This document shows positions 1-10,207 of a DNA stretch of 64,000 bases, piece after piece; positions within the stretch are counted from its first letter, which is position 1; every line of letters starts with the position of its first letter. The stretch is from an uncultured Pirellulales bacterium (GTDB taxonomy: Bacteria > Planctomycetota > Phycisphaerae > Sedimentisphaerales > Anaerobacaceae), in NCBI GenBank assembly GCA_964494325.1, contig CAZBTJ010000008.1, forward strand, positions 2,234-66,233, in the 5' to 3' direction. The notes under the pieces were generated by a model, which made no database searches, was not told the origin of the DNA, and was given only the letters and a program-made list of their open reading frames with translations. A program made the translations under genes and the position numbers.

Positions 1-1383
1 ACACACAACCAAGCCCATTTACTCCAGTTTTGGCCTTCGCTAAACAGTGAGGACCAGAATAAACTCAGCCAACAAATCGAGAATTTGAGCCTGGACCACC
101 TGGATCAGTGGATAAATGAGTATATCCTAAATGATCACAGCGCCAAAATACCGACCCATTTTTCCCCGGCCCCTGCCTATCCATCGAATCCTGAAAAACC
201 AGACATGCAGGAAAAGTATGCCAGGGCTTCGGTTTTGGGTGAAAAACTCCTGCGAGAAGGCAAGGTTGGCGCATTTGTCGTGGCAGGCGGACAGGGCACT
301 CGACTCGGCTTTGATGGCCCAAAGGGCAACTACCCCATTAGTCCCATCAAACACAAGACTTTATTTCAGCTCTTTGCAGAGTCAATCCTCGCGACCTGTA
401 AGAAATACAACACGCGCTGTCCCTGGTACATCATGACCAGCCCATTAAATGATGAGACCACCCAAAAAACGTTCAAATCGAACGGGTATTACGACCTGCC
501 TGAAGAGGATGTCGTGATCTTCCAACAAGGGACATTACCCAACTTTGCCATGGACGGGCTTATTTTTTTGGCTGATAAGCACAGAATAGCCACCTCTCCG
601 GATGGTCACGGCGGGAGCCTGAAGGCCCTGCACGAGAGCAACGCAGTGGACCACATGAAACATCGGGGTGTAGAATACCTTAGCTATTGGCAGGTAGACA
701 ATCCCTTAATCACCATTTTTGACCCGCTGTTTATAGGGTTGCACGTCATGGATGACTCTCAAATGTCTTCCAAAGCCCTTGTCAAGAGTGACCCCATGGA
801 AAAAGTGGGCAATTTTTGCCTGGTCGATAACCACGTGACCGTGATCGAGTACAGCGACCTGCCTGAGAAAGAAGCCCTCAAAAAGAATCCGGACGGTTCA
901 CTGGCCTTTGAGTTGGGCAGTATTGGCATTCACTTGGTCAGCCGAACCTTTGTGGAGCAACTCAATGCCGGCGAATTCTCTCTACCATTCCACCGAGCCG
1001 TCAAAAGAATCCCCCATATCAATGCTGAGGGACAGTATGTGGCCCCCGCAGAGCCCAACGGCATCAAACTTGAAACATTCGTGTTTGATGCCCTGCCCCT
1101 GGCCTCCCACTCCATGATCCTTGAGACAAAACGCAGTGAAGAATTTGGACCCGTTAAAAATGCCACGGGCGTAGACAGTGCTGAAACATCTAGAGAGATG
1201 ATCATTGAAAGAGCCGCCATCTGGCTGGAATCTGCAGGGATCTTCGTCCCCAGGACAGATAGCGGAAAGGTTGATTGTCTACTCGAAATTGCCCCGTCAT
1301 TCGCACTCAGCCCTCAAGACCTCAAGGCCAAACCCCATGAGATCCCTGAGATCAAGCCCGGGGATGCCCTGTATCTCAGTTGA
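1..1383 (+). CDS. UDP-N-acetylhexosamine / UDP-sugar pyrophosphorylase (UAP1/UDPGP family); 5' end probably lies outside the window
   Basis: Frame 1 is open from nt 1 (LLQFWPSLNSEDQNKLSQQIENL precedes the listed Met at 85). Family motifs VVAGGQGTRLGFDGPKGNYPI, SPDGHGGSLKAL, YWQVDNPL. Confidence 0.8.
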   Translation, partial: THNQAHLLQFWPSLNSEDQNKLSQQIENLSLDHLDQWINEYILNDHSAKIPTHFSPAPAYPSNPEKPDMQEKYARASVLGEKLLREGKVGAFVVAGGQGTRLGFDGPKGNYPISPIKHKTLFQLFAESILATCKKYNTRCPWYIMTSPLNDETTQKTFKSNGYYDLPEEDVVIFQQGTLPNFAMDGLIFLADKHRIATSPDGHGGSLKALHESNAVDHMKHRGVEYLSYWQVDNPLITIFDPLFIGLHVMDDSQMSSKALVKSDPMEKVGNFCLVDNHVTVIEYSDLPEKEALKKNPDGSLAFELGSIGIHLVSRTFVEQLNAGEFSLPFHRAVKRIPHINAEGQYVAPAEPNGIKLETFVFDALPLASHSMILETKRSEEFGPVKNATGVDSAETSREMIIERAAIWLESAGIFVPRTDSGKVDCLLEIAPSFALSPQDLKAKPHEIPEIKPGDALYLS

Positions 1384-1388
1384 CAGGA

Positions 1389-2678
1389 CTAGTCATTACC
1401 TGACTCATCCGAAGGCGGGTTGTGGTCGCGTGTGGCACGTCGGCTGCTGTTGGAACGTCGTCGGTTTTGGGGCGATTGGCGCGGCGGCACAGGACGCGTA
1501 TCGACAAATCCCTCGAACTTGCCAAAAATCATCTTGCCCGCTGAGGTCTGAAGAGAACTTGTCACGCTGATAGTTATGTCACGACCAATTTTATTACGAG
1601 CCCCTTCGATCACAACCATAGTTCCGTCCTCAAGATACCCAATGCCTTGATCAGATTCCTCACCGGGCTTGATGACCTTGATCTTCATGGGCTCACCAGG
1701 CAAGGCCACCACCTTCAACATGCTGGCCAGGTCATTGATATTCAAGACATCAACACCGCGAACCTGGGCCACCTTGCTTAGATTATAGTCCGTTGTCACC
1801 ACGCGTCCGTTGTTGATCTTGGCAAAAGACACGATTTTCTGGTCTACGCCTCGCAATTCTTCAACTTCAGCAATCACGGAATCGTCAATTTCAACATCCA
1901 TAACAGGGTCATTCTGCATCTTATTAAGAATATCCAGGCCCCGACGTCCCCGTTGACGTTTGAGTTTATCCGCAGAATCTGCAATCAATTGGAGTTCGTT
2001 CAGCACAAAACGAGGCACCAGCACGGCCGCATCGAATAGCTTGTTTTGGCACAGGTCTGAAATACGTCCATCTACAATGGCCGATGTGTCGAGCACCAGA
2101 GGCCGCATGCCCTTGGTCTGTTTGGAAAACTCCACGTAGGGAATCACAAACCGCACATCGTCTTTGGTACGCATAATGATGCTGATCGTCAGATAACAGA
2201 TGCAAATCGCCATCATCGTACGGATAGCCACCACCACATCCGAGGCCAGCCCCATACCCCAGGACTCATTGATCATGTTCACCACATCGGCCAGGGCGCT
2301 ACTGAGAAACAGTCCAACCAACAGGCCAAAAAATACACCGGCCAGGGCACCTAGCTTCTTTTTGGGCGTGAACACATCCAGCAGAAAAACCAGAATTGTC
2401 ATACTCAAGCCCGTAAAAACCAAGGCGTTAAATCCTTTGTCCGGGTCCTCATTACGACCACTGCCGCTGGACGCAATTGGCCTGTACGACAGTCGCCTTT
2501 CTTCGTTGGCGTCTTGGACACCATTGGCATCCGAAGTCTCTGTGGTCGAAAGCGTCTGCTGCCCCTTGTCCAACTCACTGAGCCGGAATGCATGCCTGGA
2601 CGCCTCTTTACTCACATAGGTAAACAATGCGGCCACAATAACAACCAGAAAAACACCACGAAACGCCCAGTTCAACAT
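1389..2678 (-). CDS. Membrane-anchored PIN/TRAM-domain protein (YacL-like putative ribonuclease)
   Basis: N-terminal TM helices, then PIN-like LVLDTSAIVDGRISDLC...VPRFVLNELQLIADS. C-terminal TRAM-like MKIKVIKPGEESDQGIGYLEDGTMVVIEGA, followed by a basic tail. Confidence 0.7.
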   Translation of the reverse strand: MLNWAFRGVFLVVIVAALFTYVSKEASRHAFRLSELDKGQQTLSTTETSDANGVQDANEERRLSYRPIASSGSGRNEDPDKGFNALVFTGLSMTILVFLLDVFTPKKKLGALAGVFFGLLVGLFLSSALADVVNMINESWGMGLASDVVVAIRTMMAICICYLTISIIMRTKDDVRFVIPYVEFSKQTKGMRPLVLDTSAIVDGRISDLCQNKLFDAAVLVPRFVLNELQLIADSADKLKRQRGRRGLDILNKMQNDPVMDVEIDDSVIAEVEELRGVDQKIVSFAKINNGRVVTTDYNLSKVAQVRGVDVLNINDLASMLKVVALPGEPMKIKVIKPGEESDQGIGYLEDGTMVVIEGARNKIGRDITISVTSSLQTSAGKMIFGKFEGFVDTRPVPPRQSPQNRRRSNSSRRATRDHNPPSDESGND

Positions 2679-2700
2679 GGCATGGCCTCCTTTTCAGGAT

Positions 2701-2932
2701 TTAATTCGAATGATTATAATTTAGTTATGATACCGTTGCGAATTATACAGGGGCCTGTAAACCACTTCAACTGAATTACCCCTCTTCGCCATGGGGGACA
2801 AAATCAGATGATGTCACGAACCCCGTCCACAGCTTTTCCACAATGTCCACTTGCATCGTGTATAACGTGTTTACAAGATTTTTTTTTCGCGCGCAAAGCC
2901 AACAATGGCAACACTCTCAGAAAAGTGGAAAA
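2701..2932. promoter_or_regulatory. Candidate oriC segment: AT-rich stretch plus a cluster of DnaA-box-like 9-mers upstream of dnaA
   Basis: AT-rich 2701-2750 (ttaattcgaatgattataatttagttatgata). DnaA-box-like sites: cgTCCACA 2824-2831, TTTTCCACA 2834-2842, aTGTCCAC 2844-2850, and inverted AGTGGAAAA 2924-2932. Consensus is TTATCCACA. The position immediately 5' of dnaA fits. Confidence 0.35.
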
Positions 2933-3086
2933 CAAAGAAGGCAAAACACAGTTGATTCATGGCCCATTCTCAAGATAATAGGCTGCATTAGGATTGAGGG
3001 ATTGATTTTAATCGGACTCTTTTGATTCGAACGATACTTCAGACGTTAGTGACCCGAAGGTAGTAAGCCAAACTTGGAGCAACTGA

Positions 3087-4562
3087 ATGCAAGAAACAAT
3101 CATGGATGAGAGTTCCATTGCAACCTCAACAACTATAGATGCGATTGAGCAGGCGTTGATGCGAAAGATCGGGTCACAAAAGTTTCGCATATGGTTCAAG
3201 GATTCAGCCAGCATTACGCTTGACGATGGATATCTTAAAGTCGGCGTGCCAAACACATTTACGGCGCGTTGGATTGAAAACCACTTTCTAAAGGACCTTC
3301 AGGCGATCACCGAACGTGTCACTGGCCAATGTCACAAGGTCACGTTTTCGGTGTTGGCTTCCCCAAATACCAGCCCTTCTGCCGCCACAGAGCAAACTTC
3401 AAGGATTATGCCAGTTCATACTGCCCCGGCAAACACAGCGTGGCCCAGGCCCAAACCAACCGCAAGGCAACCCAAACTACGTCTTGCATTGGATTCATTT
3501 GTTGTGGGCCAATCCAACGAACTGGCCTATAACGCTGCACAGGTGGTGATCAGAGAACAACATAGCCCATTCAATCCGCTGTTCATTCACGGAGGATATG
3601 GCGTGGGTAAAACCCATCTGCTGCAAGGTGTATGCAATGCAATTCGTCAGGTCAGACCCCATACACAATGGATGTACCTCTCTGCCGAAGACTTTGCCAA
3701 TCAATTTGTGCTGGCCTTAAAAACCAAGAAACTTGAAGCCTTTCGTCAACGCATGAGAAAGACAGACCTGCTCGCCATTGACGATATCCACTTTCTGACA
3801 AACAAACCCTCAACCCAGGAAGAGTTTTTGCACACATTCAATACGATCAACCTTGCAGGCAAACAGGTGATCTTGGTGTCAGATGCAGCCCCCAAAAGCA
3901 TCAAGCAGTTGTCTGACAAGCTGACCAACCGCTTTGTCTCGGGCATGGTCGTCAAGATTGATACACCCGATTTCACCACACGCTGTAAGATTTGTGAGCA
4001 ATGTGCACTTACCATGGTCCCTACCACATACAAAGGTATGATGCCCAAAACCGATAAGACGCCGAAGCTACCCGAGAGTGTCATTCATTTTATTGCTCAG
4101 AACGTCAGGTCAAATGTTCGTGAATTAGAAGGTGCATTACTCAAGGTCATTGCGTTTTCAGCACTGCAAAACGGCCCGATTACGCTGGCCCTTGCCAAGG
4201 AAGTCCTGGCCGATCATGTGGAACGTTGTGACCCTGTGGTTCACCTTTCCAGTATTGAATCCTCTGTGGCTGAGTACTTTGGCACCACGCCTACGATTAT
4301 CCATTCCGCCAAAAAAGACAAAACCGTGGCCATGGCACGTCACTTCAGTATGTATCTGGCGCGCAAACATACAAAGATGTCATCCTCTGAAATTGGACGT
4401 CTTATGGGCAACAAAAACCACGCCACAGTACTGGTCGCCTGTAAGAAGGTGGAAGACATGGTACAGCGTGACGCAGAAATTCACTGGCGTGGCCCTGCAG
4501 GCAACAAGGTCTCCACCTCCAAAACCACCATCTTAGCACTGGAAAACAGTATCTCGCAATAA
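3087..4562 (+). CDS. dnaA: Chromosomal replication initiator protein DnaA
   Basis: AAA+ Walker A LFIHGGYGVGKTHLLQGV, Walker B/sensor DLLAIDDIHFL. C-terminal DNA-binding signature VAMARHFSMYLARKHTKMSSSEIGRLMGNKNHATVLVACKKV. Confidence 0.95.
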   Translation: MQETIMDESSIATSTTIDAIEQALMRKIGSQKFRIWFKDSASITLDDGYLKVGVPNTFTARWIENHFLKDLQAITERVTGQCHKVTFSVLASPNTSPSAATEQTSRIMPVHTAPANTAWPRPKPTARQPKLRLALDSFVVGQSNELAYNAAQVVIREQHSPFNPLFIHGGYGVGKTHLLQGVCNAIRQVRPHTQWMYLSAEDFANQFVLALKTKKLEAFRQRMRKTDLLAIDDIHFLTNKPSTQEEFLHTFNTINLAGKQVILVSDAAPKSIKQLSDKLTNRFVSGMVVKIDTPDFTTRCKICEQCALTMVPTTYKGMMPKTDKTPKLPESVIHFIAQNVRSNVRELEGALLKVIAFSALQNGPITLALAKEVLADHVERCDPVVHLSSIESSVAEYFGTTPTIIHSAKKDKTVAMARHFSMYLARKHTKMSSSEIGRLMGNKNHATVLVACKKVEDMVQRDAEIHWRGPAGNKVSTSKTTILALENSISQ

Positions 4563-4680
4563 GATTTTTAGGCTTTTAGGCTGAAGGGTTTTGGTAATGG
4601 AGTTTCTGTTCACTTCTCCTAAAAACCGCCTCCTGAACATTTGCTGCTGAAAGCTGACAGCTGAGTGCTGAATGCTGTTT

Positions 4681-4956
4681 TCAATATCTTATTCGAAAAT
4701 CGAAGTGCCTTGGGTCTGGTGTGATCTCGGTGACTTTCACTTCGCGAATTGACCGCCCATAGTATTCTAGTATTTCATCAATATATTGCTGAACGTCTGA
4801 CAGGGAACCTTGGGCGAACATTTCAACAGATCGATCCGGCAGGTTGCGCACAAACCCTGATATGTCATACCGTCCTGCCATACGATGCACGGTATAACGA
4901 AATCCAACGCCCTGTACACAACCTATAAAAACCAATCTTTTGGCCTTGTCGTTCAT
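4681..4956 (-). CDS. acyP: Acylphosphatase
   Basis: 91 aa. VQGVGFRYTVHRMAGRYDISGFVRNLPDRSVEMFAQG matches the acylphosphatase signature (V.G.VQGVGFR ... G.V.N..DGSVE). Confidence 0.85.
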   Translation of the reverse strand: MNDKAKRLVFIGCVQGVGFRYTVHRMAGRYDISGFVRNLPDRSVEMFAQGSLSDVQQYIDEILEYYGRSIREVKVTEITPDPRHFDFRIRY

Positions 4957-5018
4957 TTTTGTGACGGTCTAAATGATTATGGTTGACGGGTTCACCAAGA
5001 ACATTATGCTCTTGACCA

Positions 5019-6926
5019 TTGAATAAACATCATAACCTAGCCCATCCCAAGGTTCAAGACATGACTGAGCGTCATACTAAAAAACATCAAATAGAACGCA
5101 TGCTGACCCATCCCACCTGGCCTATTGCCATGGCCCTGCTGGCTATGGTGACATGCCTGCCCACACTCTGGTCTGGCCTGTTTAATGACGATTTTTTACA
5201 GCGTGCTGAACTCATGGCCCCAAATCAATCGCACCAGGCGCTGGCTCAAGTCGGCCTGGATGTCAATGAACCGGGCGATCTTGGCACCTGCCTGTCCAAA
5301 CTGTTTGTGGCAGTCGGCCCCAGTAAAAATCGGACAGCCCTGCTCAACTACGGGGCCTTACCGTGGTGGACCGGCCCCCAGTACAAAGTGGCTTTGTTTC
5401 GTCCCCTGGCCACATTGACCCACTGGATCGATTCTCACTGGCTTGGTGACAGTCTCCTCTGGATGCACGCACACAATGTGATCTGGTTAGGTCTCATCCT
5501 GCTGATGTCAGGTGTCATCTACAGAACATTGATGCCTGCGAGCCTGGCTGTAGCGGGGCTGGGTCTGTTCTTTCTGGCCATTGACAGCAACCATTACTTC
5601 CCCACAATGTGGATTGCCAACCGAAATCAACTTCTGGCCTTGTTTTTTGCCCTGGTAAGCCTCTTTCTTCATCACCAGTGGCGAATCAAAACCGACGCCT
5701 ATGCTGCCGTATTATCCACCTGTGCACTGCTCGCATCCTTGCTTTCTGCAGAGGGTGGTGTCGCCACATTTGCCTTTATTTTTGCCTATGCCCTGTGCCT
5801 TGATCCAGGCCCGCGACTGAAACGCCTGATCAGCCTGCTGCCCAGTATTGCTCTGATTATTCTGTGGCGTCTGGCCTACAGTCATTACGGCTATGGCGCT
5901 CAAGGGGGTGGTTTCTACTTTGACCCCGCAGGGCAGCCCGTGGCATTTGTCCAGGCAGCACTCCAGCGCAGCGCCTTTCTTCTGGCAGGTCAATGGTATA
6001 CCATTCCCCCGGACCTGTTTGCCTTCATCCATGACACAGCGCGATGGCCCTACAGCTTGACGCTGTGGGCACTTCTGGTTGTGGCTTTTTTCATGTGCCT
6101 CCCACTCCTTCGCCACGACCGGACAGCCCGCTTCTGGTGCGTGGCCATGTGCGTCGCTATTGTGCCGGTCTGTGCGGCAGTGCCCATGGGACGCAATCTC
6201 CTGTTTGCCTCCATCGCGGGATTTGGACTCATTGCCCAATTTATCCATGGGGTCCTGACTAAGGCCAGTTGGCTGCCCAGGGCCAAGGCCTGGAAATGGC
6301 TCGTTTACCTCACAGCCTGGGTATTGATTGCGCTGCATGGCCTGGTCAGTTTGGGCCTCACAACCTGCATGCCCAAGATCGCACGCCATATGATCGTCAA
6401 GATGAATGCCACATGTGACCTCAATCTTGCCAATCATCAAAACAATCAAACCCTGGTGATTATCAATGCCCCCAACCCGGCATCCATGATTTACGTGCCC
6501 TACAAACAGGCCCTCACAAAACAACCTCTACCTGCAGCAATCCACATACTCGCCCCGGCCTATGGCGCATTGCAGGTGTCTCGCCCCGACAATCGAAGCC
6601 TTCGCCTAAAGGCCCTGGAAGCGAGCCTCCTGACTTGCCCCCCCACTTCCAAGCTTGAAATGGTCCATCTTTATCGACATTTGAGCGATTTCAGACAAGC
6701 CCAGGACCGGCTGACACCGGGCAAACCCATACAAATAGGAAATTTGAGCATCACCGTGGAATCCATAGACCCTCAAGGGCATCCCATCGAAATCCTGTGT
6801 CGATTCAGCCAGCCCCTGGAACAATCCGCACAAACATGGGTCACATGGAGCTGGTCTCTCAAACAGTACCAACCTTTTGCCCTGCCCGCCATAGGAGACG
6901 TGGTCACCGTGAAGGGACCCAATTAA
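5019..6926 (+). CDS. Polytopic membrane protein of unknown function (GT-C-like architecture suspected only)
   Basis: Long ORF with more than 10 hydrophobic helices and a soluble C-terminal ~150 aa. Listed start is TTG; an ATG lies at 5061. No diagnostic motif recognised. Confidence 0.55.
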   Translation: MNKHHNLAHPKVQDMTERHTKKHQIERMLTHPTWPIAMALLAMVTCLPTLWSGLFNDDFLQRAELMAPNQSHQALAQVGLDVNEPGDLGTCLSKLFVAVGPSKNRTALLNYGALPWWTGPQYKVALFRPLATLTHWIDSHWLGDSLLWMHAHNVIWLGLILLMSGVIYRTLMPASLAVAGLGLFFLAIDSNHYFPTMWIANRNQLLALFFALVSLFLHHQWRIKTDAYAAVLSTCALLASLLSAEGGVATFAFIFAYALCLDPGPRLKRLISLLPSIALIILWRLAYSHYGYGAQGGGFYFDPAGQPVAFVQAALQRSAFLLAGQWYTIPPDLFAFIHDTARWPYSLTLWALLVVAFFMCLPLLRHDRTARFWCVAMCVAIVPVCAAVPMGRNLLFASIAGFGLIAQFIHGVLTKASWLPRAKAWKWLVYLTAWVLIALHGLVSLGLTTCMPKIARHMIVKMNATCDLNLANHQNNQTLVIINAPNPASMIYVPYKQALTKQPLPAAIHILAPAYGALQVSRPDNRSLRLKALEASLLTCPPTSKLEMVHLYRHLSDFRQAQDRLTPGKPIQIGNLSITVESIDPQGHPIEILCRFSQPLEQSAQTWVTWSWSLKQYQPFALPAIGDVVTVKGPN

Positions 6927-7088
6927 GCACCCTCTCAACCACAGAAGCGTGGTTTGATCTTCGGAGAAATGTCTGCAGGTTTTAGATGTGATCGCCCTTG
7001 AAAAAACCCACTTTGTGGTTTTCCCCGATTCGGTCCTGTCGTATAATGGTTTTTTTTATCCAAGACAGATTCTTTGACGTGCTGAAAA

Positions 7089-8471
7089 ATGGCTAAGAAG
7101 TCCAAAAAAGAGATCGAACTCGGCGAGCAGATTTATCAGTTGTCCTCGTTGGTAGCAGGTGAGTTTTCCCTGCAAGAGGTCCTAGATAAACTGGCCGAAG
7201 CCGCTGTTAACATCGTGGGCGTCAAGGCATGCTCCATCCGCCTGCTCGACGAGGATACGAATGACCTGAAGATGCGGAGTACTTACGGATTGAGTGAGGC
7301 CTACCGCAACAAGGGTGTAGTGTCGAAAAAAGACCCCGTCATTGAAGCGGCATTTCGGGGCAAGGCTGAGGCCGTGGATAATATGGGTAAAGACCCGCGT
7401 ATCCGCTACCCCGAAGCCACGCTGCAGGAGGGTCTGGTCAGCCAGCTCACGGTCGCCTTGACCTTTCGCAACAACCCCATAGGCGTCTTAAGGCTGTACA
7501 GCCCAGAACCCAAGCATTTTGACAAAGACGACATTAACCTGGCCCGCGCAGTCGCGTCCCAATGTGCGGTCGCCATCACCAATGCCCGGTTTTATTCTGA
7601 GGCGATTCAGGGGGCACGCTCCACAGAGCAAATGCGTTTGGCGGGGCTGATCCAACGTCGCATGATCCCAGAAAAAGTGCCCAGCCTCTGTGGATTTGAT
7701 ATAGCAGCCACGTACATTCCCTGTTTTGAGGTGGGGGGAGATTTTTACGATTTCCTGCCCTTGGGAAAGAACAAACTGGGCATTGTCATTGCAGATGTGA
7801 TTGGCAAGGGCATGCCTGCTGCCCTAATGATGAGTTGGTTAAGAGGGGCAGTACGTGCCTACACAGACAGTTTTCGCCAGGAAATTCAAAGTGGTGGGGC
7901 AGATTGGGACCAACCCACAAACACGGCCGTCAATGAGACATATATTCGAAAAGCGATCATCAAATTTAACCGTATGGCCTGTCGAGAATGTCAGACAGGT
8001 GAATTTATTACACTCTTCTACGCCATCCTGGACTGTCACTCAAAAACCATGACCTATGCCAGTTGCGGCCACGAACCCACCCTGCTGCTACGGGATGGCC
8101 ATTTCAAAGACCTGGCCACGGGTGGATTGGTCCTGGGTGTTTTACCTGAGGCTAATTACGAAATCGAAACGGTGACACTGAATGACGGAGACTGCCTAAT
8201 TTTCTACACGGACGGTCTCATTGACGCGCAGAACTTTGACGGCGAACTCTGGACCCGAGAACAAATGATCTACGCCGCCCAAAAGGCGGTCGCATGCTCC
8301 GCCAATCATGTGGCCAAAAACATGCTACGATATAGACGCCGCTTTGTGGGGCTGGCCAACCAAATCGACGACACAAGCTTTGTGGTGGTCAAAGTGGGTG
8401 AACCTGAAAAAGATGCCCTATGCAAAGAGTGCAAAGAACTGGGAGAGGAATCCGCATGGCCCAAGGCATAA
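7089..8471 (+). CDS. GAF-domain-containing PP2C-type (SpoIIE/RsbU-like) serine phosphatase
   Basis: N-terminal GAF-like region (ACSIRLLDEDTNDLKMRSTYGLSE...IGVLRLYS). PPM/SpoIIE motifs IAATYIPCFEVGGDFYDF, IADVIGKGMPAAL, LIFYTDGLIDA. Confidence 0.85.
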   Translation: MAKKSKKEIELGEQIYQLSSLVAGEFSLQEVLDKLAEAAVNIVGVKACSIRLLDEDTNDLKMRSTYGLSEAYRNKGVVSKKDPVIEAAFRGKAEAVDNMGKDPRIRYPEATLQEGLVSQLTVALTFRNNPIGVLRLYSPEPKHFDKDDINLARAVASQCAVAITNARFYSEAIQGARSTEQMRLAGLIQRRMIPEKVPSLCGFDIAATYIPCFEVGGDFYDFLPLGKNKLGIVIADVIGKGMPAALMMSWLRGAVRAYTDSFRQEIQSGGADWDQPTNTAVNETYIRKAIIKFNRMACRECQTGEFITLFYAILDCHSKTMTYASCGHEPTLLLRDGHFKDLATGGLVLGVLPEANYEIETVTLNDGDCLIFYTDGLIDAQNFDGELWTREQMIYAAQKAVACSANHVAKNMLRYRRRFVGLANQIDDTSFVVVKVGEPEKDALCKECKELGEESAWPKA

Positions 8472-9142
8472 TCACCATTGATGGCCCCGCTGCCAGCGGT
8501 AAAAGTACGGTGGCCAAACGCATTGCCAAGCGCCTTGGATGTGTGTTCCTTGATACAGGGGCCATGTACCGTGCAGTCACTCTGGCCTGCATGAGAGCGG
8601 ACATAGACCTGCGTGATGCAGATGCCATTATCGCCGTACTGAATTCCCACCACTTTGAATTTGATCAAACACAAGTCAAGATAGACCGTTGGGATGCCTC
8701 AGAGGCCATTCGTGATCCCAAGGTGACTGAAAACGTCAAATTCATAGCGGGCGCCTCGGCGGTTCGGGCCAAGCTTGTAGATTTGCAGCGACAGTTTTCA
8801 AAGACCCACCCAATCTTCGTCACGGAAGGACGAGACCAGGGTACTGTGGCCTTCCCCCATGCCCAGGTCAAAATCTTTCTCACCGCAGATCCTGTCGAAC
8901 GGGCCAGACGACGCCTCGCAGAATTGCAGGCCAAGGGTCTGGACCAGGACCTCGACAGCTTGACGCAGGCCGTGATACAACGTGACCGAAGCGACGAGCA
9001 ACGTGACACCGGCCCTTTAAAGGCCGCAACGGACGCCAGGCACGTGGACACCACGGGCCTCACCCTGGATCAGGTCGTGGCCGTCATTCTGGACCATGTT
9101 CGAGGCCTGTGCCCGGGCATTTTTCCTTCGGAGACCTCATGA
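8456..9142 (+). CDS. cmk: Cytidylate kinase
   Basis: MAQGIITIDGPAASGKSTVAKRIAKRLG P-loop start typical of Cmk. Start moved to the Met at 8456, overlapping the upstream gene by 16 nt. Confidence 0.9.
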   Translation: MAQGIITIDGPAASGKSTVAKRIAKRLGCVFLDTGAMYRAVTLACMRADIDLRDADAIIAVLNSHHFEFDQTQVKIDRWDASEAIRDPKVTENVKFIAGASAVRAKLVDLQRQFSKTHPIFVTEGRDQGTVAFPHAQVKIFLTADPVERARRRLAELQAKGLDQDLDSLTQAVIQRDRSDEQRDTGPLKAATDARHVDTTGLTLDQVVAVILDHVRGLCPGIFPSETS

Positions 9143-10011
9143 GAGTTCTTGTCGCCAACAAATGCGGCTTTTGCCCGGGTGTTCGCAACGCCATCAGTAC
9201 CGCAGAAAAACTCCTGAAAACCGCATCAGATACCGATTGCGTGTGTAGTCTTGGTCCGGTTATCCATAACCGAGATGAAGTCAATCGTCTAGAGCAGGCG
9301 GGGTTGGCCGTCGTAGAGTCGGTAGATGACATCCAGGGCGGTAGTGTCTTGATCCGTTCCCACGGTGCAGCCCCGAACCAGTTCGAAAGAATCACCAGAA
9401 AAGGGGCCCGCATTGTGGATGCCACATGCGTATTGGTCAAACGCTTCCAGAAGATTGCCAAACAACTGGAAGATGATGGCCTCCAGGTCATTATCATTGG
9501 CGAAGAAAACCACCCTGAAGTCCAGGCCGTTGTGGGGGGACTGAACCACGCGATTGTCATCACCTCTCAAGACGATCTTGCCAAAATCCCCGATGGGGCA
9601 AAACTTGGCATTGTCAGCCAGACCACACAGAGCCCGGACCATTTTGGCACCATGCTAGGGCTTATTGCTCAAAGCAATTTTCGAGAATTGCGAGTCATCA
9701 ACACGCTGTGCAAGGAATCCAGAAAACGACAGGAAGCGGCTGTAGAACTCTGTAAAGAAGTGGACATCATGTTCGTATTGGGTGGTTTACACAGCGCCAA
9801 CACAGCCAGACTCGCCGAAATGTGCACAAAATTCAACCCCAATACCTATCATCTCCAGAGCTGGAAAGATCTGAATACCACGGTTTTGGCCCAAAAATCC
9901 GTGGCTGGCGTCACAGCGGGCGCCTCCACACCCGACTGGATCATTGATGATTTTGTCACATGTCTGAAAACCTGGCCAGATCCAGACAAGACGTCTTCTG
10001 TTTCTTCCTGA
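9139..10011 (+). CDS. ispH: 4-hydroxy-3-methylbut-2-enyl diphosphate reductase
   Basis: GFCPGVRNAI, IGEENHPEVQAVVG, HSANTARLAEMC motifs. The ATG at 9139 forms an ATGA overlap with the cmk stop (9140-9142). Confidence 0.9.
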   Translation: MRVLVANKCGFCPGVRNAISTAEKLLKTASDTDCVCSLGPVIHNRDEVNRLEQAGLAVVESVDDIQGGSVLIRSHGAAPNQFERITRKGARIVDATCVLVKRFQKIAKQLEDDGLQVIIIGEENHPEVQAVVGGLNHAIVITSQDDLAKIPDGAKLGIVSQTTQSPDHFGTMLGLIAQSNFRELRVINTLCKESRKRQEAAVELCKEVDIMFVLGGLHSANTARLAEMCTKFNPNTYHLQSWKDLNTTVLAQKSVAGVTAGASTPDWIIDDFVTCLKTWPDPDKTSSVSS

Positions 10012-10207
10012 GATATTTTGCGATAAACACTTGCAAACACTTAACTTTTATGCTAGAAGCGTGAGTTTGTATAGATCAAAATTGCGCACACTGTGTGGGT
10101 GTGCGACGGAGCTTATCACGAGTGTGTAAACAACACCTGGACCATGGGCGTGTCTGCGGGGCGCTGATCGGTCGAGACTAAAGACGCCGCATTGGGATTA
10201 GAGTAGC

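Noticed and set aside
10012-10207. Promoter and S1-autoregulatory leader upstream of rpsA (TTGCAA ... TATGCT; hairpin cgcacac-tgtgtgg-gtgtgcg)
   Set aside because: The hexamer spacing does not fit a sigma70 promoter, and I cannot verify the leader structure by eye. It is not reported as a feature.
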